Positions 16,981-25,329 of a stretch of DNA of 32,000 nt are shown piece by piece (the stretch's first letter is position 1; every line of letters starts with the position of its first letter). Made by a program: the position numbers and the translations under genes. The stretch comes from an uncultured archaeon. GTDB taxonomy: Archaea > Iainarchaeota > Iainarchaeia > Iainarchaeales > 0-14-0-20-30-16. The stretch spans positions 2,518 to 34,517 of the forward strand of contig CAZMGA010000001.1 in assembly GCA_964565725.1 (NCBI GenBank), given 5' to 3'. Under the pieces are notes generated by a model, which was not told where the DNA came from, did no database searches, and saw only the letters and a program-made list of their open reading frames with translations.

Positions 16981-17325
16981 ATGATATTAATTTGTAATGT
17001 GAGTAGAGGCAAAGGTAGTTGGGGACACATAACTCGTTTAATTAATGACAATTCATGGGATGCAATATATTTAGTAACTAATGATTGGTGTAAACAAAAT
17101 TTTGCTCCAAAAAAAGAAGTTAATTGGATTTTAATAAATAGAAACATGGGTTTTGATTTAATGAAAAAAACTATTAAAGAACAATTACCTTCAGGAAAAG
17201 AAATTGCTTTAAATATTATTTCCGGAGATGGAAAAGAACATATGGCTCTATTAGTAAGTTGCAAAGAAAAATATTCTAATTTTAATTATGCTATTTTAAC
17301 AAAAGATGGTTTAAAATATTATTAA
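16981..17325 (+). CDS. Small stand-alone Rossmann-like protein, possibly CARF/Csa3-N-like
   Basis: SD plus ATG, and composition typical of this genome. The alternating beta/alpha pattern has a polar Gly-rich loop after strand 1 (ICNVSRGKGSWG) and LNIISGDGKEHMALL after the predicted strand 4, which resembles the nxSGGxRxlxla loop of CARF domains. The family assignment is tentative. Confidence 0.55.
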   Translation: MILICNVSRGKGSWGHITRLINDNSWDAIYLVTNDWCKQNFAPKKEVNWILINRNMGFDLMKKTIKEQLPSGKEIALNIISGDGKEHMALLVSCKEKYSNFNYAILTKDGLKYY

Positions 17326-18426
17326 TTATTTTTTAAAGTTATTATAATTTTCAATTATTAATTTTTTATATTTTGCAAATTCGCTTTTTTTAATAAAGAA
17401 TCCAGCTGCAACGCTATGCCCTCCTCCAACTAATGTTTTACAGGTTTGTTTTGCAAAGTTTCCCAAAACAACTAAATCTATTATTTGAGATCTTGAAGAA
17501 ATATTATAGCCTTTTTCTTTTTTATTTTCAAATGCTAAAAAGGTGGTTGTACCTGGATAAACTACTTGTAAATTTACGTTTATATTTAATTTATATTTTT
17601 TATCTTTTTCTCTTAATTCTAAAAATATTAAATCTTCAACTCTAAAAATATTTCTAAAAATTCTGTTCAATGCTTTATTAACTCTTTCATTTTGTTTGTT
17701 TAATTTTTTATAAAACTTTTCAGGCAATAATATAATTGATTGTAAATCTTTATCAGTTTCTAAAAATAATTTTTCAAAGGCCCATAAAGAACCAAATTCG
17801 GGGTCAGTTAATTGAAAACAAATTGTATTTAATATATTGTTTGATGGAACAATATAACCTCCATTTACAAAATATTCTGAATTGTTTTTTTCAATACCCA
17901 AATATATTAAAGAACCAATTGGAAACCAATCAGACATTGATGAGGCAAAAGCTATTTTTTCTAAAATTTCATCTTTGCCAAACATAAATCTATATGCACA
18001 ATAAACTAAAGCGCAAGCACAACAATTTTCTTTTGATTTCATTTCATCGTGATACATAGGGTTTATTATCAAATCAAAAGATTCTAATTTGCAATCTTCA
18101 TTAATTTTATGATGATCAATTACTCCTATAAAAGTATTTTTTAAAAAAGAATAATCATTAAGTGAAAAGTCTAACAAAAAAATATATTTAAAAGTTTGTA
18201 AATATTTTTGTTTTTCAATATTGTTTTTAATTAAACCTCTAAAATCGTGATCTACAAAAATTACTTGAAAATCTTTTTTATATTCAAATCCTAATTTTCT
18301 TAATATTTTTGCAAATATTGCTGCTGCAGGAATTCCATCCCCATCATTGTCAGCAATAATTAAAATATTGTCATTTTTTTTAATATTTTCTAAGACGGTT
18401 TTTAATTCTTCAAATTTTTCTTGCAT
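17326..18426 (-). CDS. DHH/DHHA1 phosphoesterase (archaeal RecJ/GAN- or NrnA-like)
   Basis: ILIIADNDGDGIPAAAIF (DHH motifs I-II), VIDHHKIN (DHH) and GGGHSVAAGF (DHHA1). ATG is at 18426; the track start at 18462 is GTG. Confidence 0.8.
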   Translation of the reverse strand: MQEKFEELKTVLENIKKNDNILIIADNDGDGIPAAAIFAKILRKLGFEYKKDFQVIFVDHDFRGLIKNNIEKQKYLQTFKYIFLLDFSLNDYSFLKNTFIGVIDHHKINEDCKLESFDLIINPMYHDEMKSKENCCACALVYCAYRFMFGKDEILEKIAFASSMSDWFPIGSLIYLGIEKNNSEYFVNGGYIVPSNNILNTICFQLTDPEFGSLWAFEKLFLETDKDLQSIILLPEKFYKKLNKQNERVNKALNRIFRNIFRVEDLIFLELREKDKKYKLNINVNLQVVYPGTTTFLAFENKKEKGYNISSRSQIIDLVVLGNFAKQTCKTLVGGGHSVAAGFFIKKSEFAKYKKLIIENYNNFKK

Positions 18427-18490
18427 TGGAATATAACTTTCTACTTTACTAACCACAAACACACCACAAATACTTTTAATAAATATTAAC

Positions 18491-19410
18491 TTAACAATTT
18501 AACTTTATATCCTTTTTCATATTTATTTTTTTGTTTTTTAAATCATAATATTTTGGATCTACAAATCTAAACTTTTTAGTTAATTCTAAGTCAAAATCTA
18601 TTTCTACTAATTTATAATCTAAAACTTTAAATATTTTATTTAGTTGGAATTCAACATATTTATCATTAGAATTTAACAATAAGTCTAAAATATACTGATC
18701 ATCTTTATTTAAATCTAGTAAAGAAATAATATTTTTTTCTGCAGAATACTTCAATAAATTTGCAGTTAACTCATATCTTATTATATTTTCTATTGATCCC
18801 CAATGCTCTAATTGCAAATCAAAATAATATTTTGCAAATAATTCTGCGCTTTTTTTATTTTTAAAAATGATTTCTTTATTTTTAACAATTAAATTATTAT
18901 AACAATATATAGCGCCAGCTTTAGACTTTCTTTGATATACTTCTCTTAAAGTATAATCTATTCTATCGGCACATAAGTGAGGAGCTTTTCTTTCTAATAA
19001 TAAAAAGTTTGATTCGTCTAAAATATAATCAAAACTTAACATATGTTTTTTAAATAATTTTGGAATATTTGTTTTTTCTAAAATTCTTTTAAAATATTAT
19101 CTCCATACTCTTCCTCTTTATTTTTGTATAAAAAATCAACTACGTGTGAAAAAGCAGCGTGGGATGCATCATTTAATAAACCAGCAATTTGTTCTTCTAA
19201 AGAAGCATTTAATTTTCTTAATAATAACATAACACCTATAGAATGATCATATCTAGTAAATGTTTTTCTATAATAATATTTTTGTGGTAAGCCGTGTTGC
19301 CAAATTTTTTTTAATCTTTGTATTGGTTTAGAATTAATTAATTCTATTAATATAGGTTCAGTAATTTCAAACTTACCATATAGAGGATCTTTTATTTTAA
19401 TTGTGTTCAT
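18491..19410 (-). pseudogene. HD-domain phosphohydrolase (COG1078 / SAMHD1-like family) split by a -1 frame change into ORFs 19078-19410 and 18491-19042
   Basis: The N-terminal fragment reads IKDPLYGKFEITE...QRLKKIWQHG...RYDHSIGV...LLNDASHAAFSH. The C-terminal fragment reads LCADRIDYTLRE. The two reading frames overlap between 19078 and 19097, and the downstream frame is open back to 19096. Confidence 0.7.
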
Positions 19411-19418
19411 AATTTCAC

Positions 19419-20462
19419 TTAATAATATAAAAATGCAATAATTCCTGAAAAACTAGATATAATTTTACCAGAATCACTATTTGATGAAACTATTTTATAA
19501 TCTATCTTTTTATTATCTAATTTTAACAAAAAATCTTTTAATTCTTCAAAATTATTTTTAAAAAAATCATCTGTAATTAAAACTAATTTTAATGCGTTTT
19601 TTTCATTAGCCTGTTTAATTTCTTCAAAACCATATGCAACTGGTTTTTCTTTCGACAAATCTTTTAAAAATTCATTTATTAGTTGAGTATTTTGTTGTGC
19701 TGCATTATCATTTAAGATATTATTTAATATACCTCCATTTAATGCTTCTCTAATTCCAGATATTCCTGGAGAACCTATGTTTGTAAATATAAATTTAGAC
19801 TGCTGTTTTTTTTCTAAATTTTTTTCTAACAAATATTTTTGAAAATTGTCTTTTTCAAAGCCTGGCCCCCCAACTATTACTGTTTCATAATCAGAATTTA
19901 AAAATATTTTTAAAATACTTGAAAAATATTCAATTCTATTTTTATTTCTTAAATCAGGATTTTTTTTACCACTGCCTTTGAATTTAATTTCTGCAATAAG
20001 GGTATAATTGCAATCGTTTAATTTTGCAATTAATGCAGAATCATCATCTAAAATTAAAAACATTATTTTTTTATTGTATATTTTATTTAAAGAATTGTTT
20101 AACATTTTTTTGTGTAATTCCAAAAATAAATTTTTAGTTATTGATATTGTATCTCCAAAAGATAAATCAAAAGAATGATATTCTCCAATATTTACATATT
20201 CTAAAGGAACCCCATCTATAATTTTTCCCAATATTTTTAATATTCCTAACTCAAAATTCAAATCTATTTTTTCAGCTTTTATTTTTAAAAATACAGTTTT
20301 CTTTTCACTATTTTCACTATCATTTACACGAAAACGTCTAGTTGTTTTTCCACCAACAACATCATTTTGAGATATAAATATGTTTAAAAACCACAAATCA
20401 TCTAGGGTTTCAACACCAAACTCAAAAAACAAGGTTTTAAAATCTTTTTTATATACTTTCAT
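19419..20462 (-). CDS. pelA: mRNA surveillance protein Pelota (aDom34)
   Basis: MKVYKKDFKTLFFEFGVETLDDLWFLNIFISQNDVVGGKTTRRFR is the Pelota N-domain signature, with an eRF1-like central and C-terminal domain (VIVGGPGFEKDNF). The start is set at ATG 20462; the track extension to 20531 overlaps abce1. Confidence 0.85.
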   Translation of the reverse strand: MKVYKKDFKTLFFEFGVETLDDLWFLNIFISQNDVVGGKTTRRFRVNDSENSEKKTVFLKIKAEKIDLNFELGILKILGKIIDGVPLEYVNIGEYHSFDLSFGDTISITKNLFLELHKKMLNNSLNKIYNKKIMFLILDDDSALIAKLNDCNYTLIAEIKFKGSGKKNPDLRNKNRIEYFSSILKIFLNSDYETVIVGGPGFEKDNFQKYLLEKNLEKKQQSKFIFTNIGSPGISGIREALNGGILNNILNDNAAQQNTQLINEFLKDLSKEKPVAYGFEEIKQANEKNALKLVLITDDFFKNNFEELKDFLLKLDNKKIDYKIVSSNSDSGKIISSFSGIIAFLYY

Positions 20463-20509
20463 ATAATATATATAAAATAAAATGTTTAAAAAATGTGTTA
20501 AGGGATTGA

Positions 20510-22243
20510 ATGTATAAAAAACGTATTGCAATTATAGACCAAAAAAAATGTAAACCAAAACTTTGTGGAGAAATTTGCATTAAATTATGTCCTATGCTAA
20601 GATTAAACAAAAAGGCAATTTATAATGAAAATGATGAAATAAAAATAGAGGAAGGTTTGTGTTCTGGTTGTGGTATTTGTTCTACAAAATGTCCTTTTGA
20701 TGCAATAAAAATAATTAATTTGGAATTAAATTTGGATAATCCTTTACATCAATATGGCGAAAATAGATTTAGATTGTTTAGATTTTTAGAATTACCAAAA
20801 AATGGCAATTTAGGTATAATAGGACAAAATGGAATTGGAAAAAGTACCATAATAAAAATTCTTGCGGGCCAAATTATTCCTAATATGGGGGATTATAAAA
20901 ACAATAATATAAACTATGAAAATATAATTAATTTTTACAAAGGAAAAGAAAATCAAAAAATATTTTTAGAATTAAAAAATAATAATTTTGATTTTGCATA
21001 TAAACCCCAAAATATAGAATTAATTCCTAAAACATTTTCTGGGACTGTTTTAAGCTTATTAAAAAAATGTGATAAAAAGGACAATTTAAAAAATATAATT
21101 ATTGACTGGAATTTAGAAAATATATTAGATAAAGATATTAAATTTTTGTCAGGTGGAGAATTACAAAAAGTTGCAATTGTTGCAACTGTTTTAAAAAATG
21201 CAAATTTAAGTTTTTTTGATGAACCAAGTTCATTTTTAGACATTAAACAAAGATTTTTATTTGCAAAAAATATTCAAAATGAAAAAAAAAATATAATTAT
21301 AGAACATGATTTGGCGATATTAGATTATATATCTGATTATATAAATATTTTATTTGGTAAATCTCACGCTTACGGAGTAGTTAGTCATATAAAAAATACT
21401 AATGTAGGAATAAACGAATTTTTAGAGGGTTATATAAAAGATGAAAATTTAAAATTTAGAAATTATAATTTGAATGTAGAATACACACCTTCAAATATTA
21501 AACATAAAGATATTTTGTTTAGTTATCCTGAAAAAGAAATTAATTTAGGCAATTTTAATTTAAAATATAAATCTAGCGATGTTTATAGCAATCAAATTAT
21601 AGGAATCTTAGGAGAAAATGGAACTGGAAAAACAACTTTCATAAAAGATATTTTAAAAAATAATAAAAATAATACTTTAAAATTTGCATATAAACCTCAA
21701 AGTTTATCTTTTGATACTAATATTATGAACTTACCAGTTTTTCTTTATTTAAAAGATGGAAATCAAGAAATATTAAAAGAATTATGGGATAAATTAAACA
21801 TAGAAAGAATAAAAAATTATAAACTAAGTGAATTAAATGGAGGAGACTTGCAAAAAGTAATTGTTTGCAAAACTCTTTGTGAAGATGCGAATGTATATTT
21901 GATTGATGAACCTTCTGCATTTTTAGATGTTGAAGAAAGATTAAATGTAGCAAAAGTTATAAGAAATGTAATTTTCAAAAAAAATAAAATTGCTTTTGTA
22001 ATAGATCACGATATTTTGTTTATTGATTTTATATCTGATAATTTATTAATTTTTGACGGTTTGCCTGGAAAAGAAGGACGTGTATTTAATATAATGAATA
22101 AAAAAGAAGGTATGAATCTTTTTTTGAAAAAACTAAATATAACATATAGAAAAGATCCTATAACTAAAAGACCAAGAATAAATAAAATAGACTCTAGTAA
22201 AGATAAAGAACAAAAAAATAATAATAATTTTTATGAAAATTAA
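20510..22243 (+). CDS. abce1: ABCE1 / RNase L inhibitor-type ribosome recycling ATPase
   Basis: N-terminal double ferredoxin (CKPKLCGEICIKLCP ... CSGCGICSTKCP) and two ABC cassettes (GIIGQNGIGKST, LSGGELQKV; GILGENGTGKTT, LNGGDLQKV). Confidence 0.93.
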   Translation: MYKKRIAIIDQKKCKPKLCGEICIKLCPMLRLNKKAIYNENDEIKIEEGLCSGCGICSTKCPFDAIKIINLELNLDNPLHQYGENRFRLFRFLELPKNGNLGIIGQNGIGKSTIIKILAGQIIPNMGDYKNNNINYENIINFYKGKENQKIFLELKNNNFDFAYKPQNIELIPKTFSGTVLSLLKKCDKKDNLKNIIIDWNLENILDKDIKFLSGGELQKVAIVATVLKNANLSFFDEPSSFLDIKQRFLFAKNIQNEKKNIIIEHDLAILDYISDYINILFGKSHAYGVVSHIKNTNVGINEFLEGYIKDENLKFRNYNLNVEYTPSNIKHKDILFSYPEKEINLGNFNLKYKSSDVYSNQIIGILGENGTGKTTFIKDILKNNKNNTLKFAYKPQSLSFDTNIMNLPVFLYLKDGNQEILKELWDKLNIERIKNYKLSELNGGDLQKVIVCKTLCEDANVYLIDEPSAFLDVEERLNVAKVIRNVIFKKNKIAFVIDHDILFIDFISDNLLIFDGLPGKEGRVFNIMNKKEGMNLFLKKLNITYRKDPITKRPRINKIDSSKDKEQKNNNNFYEN

Positions 22244-22251
22244 AATGTTTA

Positions 22252-22262
22252 TTTTATAAATA
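22252..22262 (+). promoter_or_regulatory. Candidate TATA box for tfe (leaderless-type spacing)
   Basis: TTTTATAAATA is centred about 25 nt upstream of ATG 22282 and no SD is present. This is consistent with a leaderless transcript. Confidence 0.35.
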
Positions 22263-22281
22263 CTTTGTATCCTATAATAAT

Positions 22282-22809
22282 ATGCAAGAACTTCTAGATT
22301 TAAATGTTGTTAAAGATTATTTAAATAAAATAGATGATAATGCATATGATCTTTTAAAAGAATGGAGCAAAAATTCATCAATAAAAAATGATGAAAAATT
22401 AGCAGAAATGATGAATCAAAAGGTAACAATTATTAGAACAACTTTAAATAAATTAAGTTTTAGAGGAATAATAACTTACGAAAAAGAAAAAGATCAAAAT
22501 TCAGGTTGGTATAATTTTTATTGGAATATTAACTTTAAAAAATTAGCAACTTTAATAACTAAAGAACATTTAGAAAGAAGAGATAAATTAAAAACAAAAT
22601 TAAATCAATTACAAGATTATGATTTTTTTACTTGCAATAATGTATGTAAAGAAATTCCATTTGAAATTGCAGCAGAATACAATTTTAATTGTCCTCACTG
22701 CAATCAAAATTTAGCAATGATTGATAAAAAAATTCATGGCAAAAAAATTGTTGATGAAATATCACAAATAGAACAAGATTTGGTATTTATAAAAAAAATA
22801 TATAACTAA
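22282..22809 (+). CDS. tfe: Transcription factor E, alpha subunit (TFE)
   Basis: A winged helix with the GWYNFYWNINF motif, followed by a zinc ribbon FTCNNVCKEIPFEIAAEYNFNCPHCNQNL. Confidence 0.88.
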   Translation: MQELLDLNVVKDYLNKIDDNAYDLLKEWSKNSSIKNDEKLAEMMNQKVTIIRTTLNKLSFRGIITYEKEKDQNSGWYNFYWNINFKKLATLITKEHLERRDKLKTKLNQLQDYDFFTCNNVCKEIPFEIAAEYNFNCPHCNQNLAMIDKKIHGKKIVDEISQIEQDLVFIKKIYN

Positions 22810-22884
22810 AGCGAGGTAGGGCAGCTTGGAGTGCCCGCCGGGCTCATAACCCGGAGGTCGTTGGTTCAAATCCAACCCTCGCTA
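22810..22884 (+). tRNA. tRNA-Met (CAU), initiator type
   Basis: Hand-folded cloverleaf: acceptor AGCGAGG/CCTCGCT, D stem GGGC/GCCC, anticodon stem CCGGG/CCCGG with loop CTCATAA, T stem GTTGG/CCAAC with loop TTCAAAT, discriminator A. The A1:U72 pair and three G:C pairs closing the anticodon stem are initiator hallmarks. No CCA is encoded. About 60% GC (46/75 by my count) against a very AT-rich background. Confidence 0.9.
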
Positions 22885-22887
22885 TAC

Positions 22888-22892
22888 TTTTT
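22888..22892 (+). terminator. Oligo-T run after the tRNA
   Basis: TTTTT starts 4 nt after the tRNA 3' end. Archaeal terminators are oligo-T tracts, but such runs are common in this genome. Confidence 0.25.
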
Positions 22893-22918
22893 AAATCTTA
22901 TTTATTTTAATATATAAT

Positions 22919-23902
22919 ATGAATTCTAAAAATAAAACAATTATATCCTGTATAATTCCAGCATATAATGAAGAAAAGAACATAGAAAATGTATTAAAAG
23001 TAATTACCACTTATAAAAAATTTGATGAAATCATTATTATGGATGATTGTTCAAAAGACAATACAAAACTAGTTTGTGAAAAATTTGCTAAAAAAGATTC
23101 TAGAATTACAGTAATTACTAATAAAAAAAATTTGGGAAAAACTCATAATGTAATTAAAGGGATTGAAAAAAGCTTGGGAAAAATAATTGTTTTGATTGAT
23201 GCCGATTTAATAAATTTAACTAAAAAAAATATAACTTCACTAATAACGCCGGTAATTACCAACAAATATGATTTAACTATTTTAGATAGAGCTGGCGATA
23301 GAACTCCAATGTGGGGTTGGACTAATTGTGCCAGATTTGAAGGTGGCGAAAGAGCTTTTTTTAAAAAAGATTTCTTAAAAATAGACTTTAAAGACGCCCC
23401 CGGATATTTATTAGAAATAGTAATGAATGTACATTACATGAATCAAAAAAAGAGAATTTTAACAATTTATTGTAAAAATTTAGATACTGTGCACCAATAT
23501 GATAAAATTAACAAAATAGAAGGATATAAAAATTATATTAAAATGAGTAAAAATATATTAAAAAAGGCTGGATTATTAAAATATTTAGAACAGATAATCA
23601 AAATAGAAGAAGATAGGCTTAAAAAAATTTATAAAATATCTAATAAAAAGTATTATAATATTGTAGGAATACCATCAGTAATTACTCTTGGTTTTTTATT
23701 AGGATTATACACTTTTGTTGAATTAAACATAATTAAACAAAAAAATAATTTAAGTAAACATAACAAAAAGAGTAATTCCAGTAATTACCGTTATTACTAT
23801 CAAAAAATTAATGAAATGTATTTAAAATTGTTAAAAATTAAACAAATACCCAAAATAATTAAAAACACAAGTATTAGGACGTTAAACAAATTTAAAAAAT
23901 AA
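22919..23902 (+). CDS. Family 2 glycosyltransferase (dolichyl-phosphate sugar synthase-like) with a C-terminal TM helix
   Basis: IISCIIPAYNEEKNI, MDDCSKDNT and VLIDADL (DxD), plus a TM helix (VGIPSVITLGFLLGLYTFV) before a basic tail. Confidence 0.85.
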   Translation: MNSKNKTIISCIIPAYNEEKNIENVLKVITTYKKFDEIIIMDDCSKDNTKLVCEKFAKKDSRITVITNKKNLGKTHNVIKGIEKSLGKIIVLIDADLINLTKKNITSLITPVITNKYDLTILDRAGDRTPMWGWTNCARFEGGERAFFKKDFLKIDFKDAPGYLLEIVMNVHYMNQKKRILTIYCKNLDTVHQYDKINKIEGYKNYIKMSKNILKKAGLLKYLEQIIKIEEDRLKKIYKISNKKYYNIVGIPSVITLGFLLGLYTFVELNIIKQKNNLSKHNKKSNSSNYRYYYQKINEMYLKLLKIKQIPKIIKNTSIRTLNKFKK

Positions 23903-23912
23903 AGTGTAGATT

Positions 23913-24860
23913 ATGAAAAACAGCATTAATAAAATTAAATTGGGCGAATTAAGTTTGAAAAATAACTTATTTTTGGCCCCTATGTTAGGTTTTACTAATT
24001 TTGCTTTTAGAGAACTTATTCAAAAAACTTCTAATATTTCAACAATTACAGAAATGATCCCTATAAATGCATTAAGTAAAGACTGTAATTACTGTAAAGA
24101 CTTAATAATTAGAGGTAATTACGAAAAAAACCTAGGATACCAATTTTTTGGTAATGACGAAAATAAATTTGTTAAAAGTATAGAAAATTTGGAAAAAATG
24201 GATATTAAAATAGATTATATTAACTTAAATTGTGGTTGTCCTGCTACAGATATTATAAAACAAGGGGCTGGTAGTGCTTTATTAAATAGAGAATCAAAAA
24301 TAAAAAATATTATTGAAAAAACAAAAGAATGTTTTGATTATCCTTTTACTATAAAAATAAGAACAGGTTATGATTATGAAAAACATTTAAACTATAAAGA
24401 ATTGGAGGGCTCTGGTTTGGATGCAATTTTTTTACATGGAAGAACTAAAAAACAACAATATTCTGGAGAAATAAATTTGGAATATATAAAAGAGGTTAAA
24501 GAAAAAACAAATATTCCTATTATTGCAAACGGAGATATAAGAAATATAGAAGATATAAATAGAATCTATGAATATACTAAATGCGATGGTTTTATGATTG
24601 GTAGAAAGGCATTATTTAATCCATTTATTTTTGAAGAAATTTTATATAAAAACAAAAAAAAGTTTGAAGACAAAATATTTTTTTTAGAAGAATATTACAA
24701 ATTATTAGAATTTAAAGATGTAAAAACAAAATTTAAAGATGTAAAAAATTTGAGTTTATTTTTTGCGAGAAATATAGATAATATTGCAGAAGTTAGAAAA
24801 AATTTGGCAAAATCTCAAAGATTTGATGAAATCATAGGAATACTTAAAAAGGTTTGTTAA
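23913..24860 (+). CDS. dus: tRNA-dihydrouridine synthase (Dus family)
   Basis: LAPMLGFTNFAFREL, INLNCGCPA (catalytic Cys region), LHGRTKKQQYSGE and IANGDI. Confidence 0.85.
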   Translation: MKNSINKIKLGELSLKNNLFLAPMLGFTNFAFRELIQKTSNISTITEMIPINALSKDCNYCKDLIIRGNYEKNLGYQFFGNDENKFVKSIENLEKMDIKIDYINLNCGCPATDIIKQGAGSALLNRESKIKNIIEKTKECFDYPFTIKIRTGYDYEKHLNYKELEGSGLDAIFLHGRTKKQQYSGEINLEYIKEVKEKTNIPIIANGDIRNIEDINRIYEYTKCDGFMIGRKALFNPFIFEEILYKNKKKFEDKIFFLEEYYKLLEFKDVKTKFKDVKNLSLFFARNIDNIAEVRKNLAKSQRFDEIIGILKKVC

Positions 24861-24897
24861 TTTGATATATGTAAATACAGTAATTACTAGTGATTAT

Positions 24898-25317
24898 ATG
24901 GGTTTATTAGATAAAATAAAAAACATTTTTAAAAAAAAAGAAAGTTATGAAAAAATAAATAATAATGTTTCTGAAATAAATATAAAAGAAGAATCTTTTG
25001 CTGTTGTAGAAAAAGATAAATATAATTATACTAATTTGTGGGATTATATTAAACCAAAGGAAAATACCCAAGCCGAACACATTTTAACAGTTGTAATTAT
25101 TGAAGATTGGTTAGATATGGATCAAATTAGAAAAAAAATTAAAGATATATTTTTTATAGAATACAAACACGAAAAAAGTTTGTATCCCTACATTAAAACA
25201 TTAGTAGATATTGGTTTATTAGAAACTAGTTCTGTTGGTGGAAAAAGAAAATGGAAAAAAAAAGATTTTATAATAAATAATAAATTTAAAGAAGAATATA
25301 TTAAAATAACTAATTGA
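24898..25317 (+). CDS. Hypothetical protein with a PadR-like winged-helix C-terminus
   Basis: KSLYPYIKTLVDIGLLETSSVGGKRKWKKK resembles the recognition helix and wing of PadR/ArsR-type wHTH proteins. ATG is at 24898; the track start at 24862 is TTG. Confidence 0.45.
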   Translation: MGLLDKIKNIFKKKESYEKINNNVSEINIKEESFAVVEKDKYNYTNLWDYIKPKENTQAEHILTVVIIEDWLDMDQIRKKIKDIFFIEYKHEKSLYPYIKTLVDIGLLETSSVGGKRKWKKKDFIINNKFKEEYIKITN

Positions 25318-25329
25318 TTATACTTTAAT

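Noticed and set aside
16962-17264. A 100-aa minus-strand ORF competing with the plus-strand ORF 16981-17325.
   Set aside because: The plus-strand ORF has AGGTGA 4 nt before its ATG, ends exactly against the neighbouring gene and has genome-typical composition. The minus-strand product is F/L/S/C-rich and would run through the promoter and SD region.
22786-22810. A leaderless, RNase-P-independent tRNA transcription unit, as in the Nanoarchaeum-type arrangement.
   Set aside because: The TATA-like runs are centred about 5-20 nt from tRNA +1 rather than about 26 nt. The window also encodes three RNase P protein subunits, so 5' processing capacity is present.
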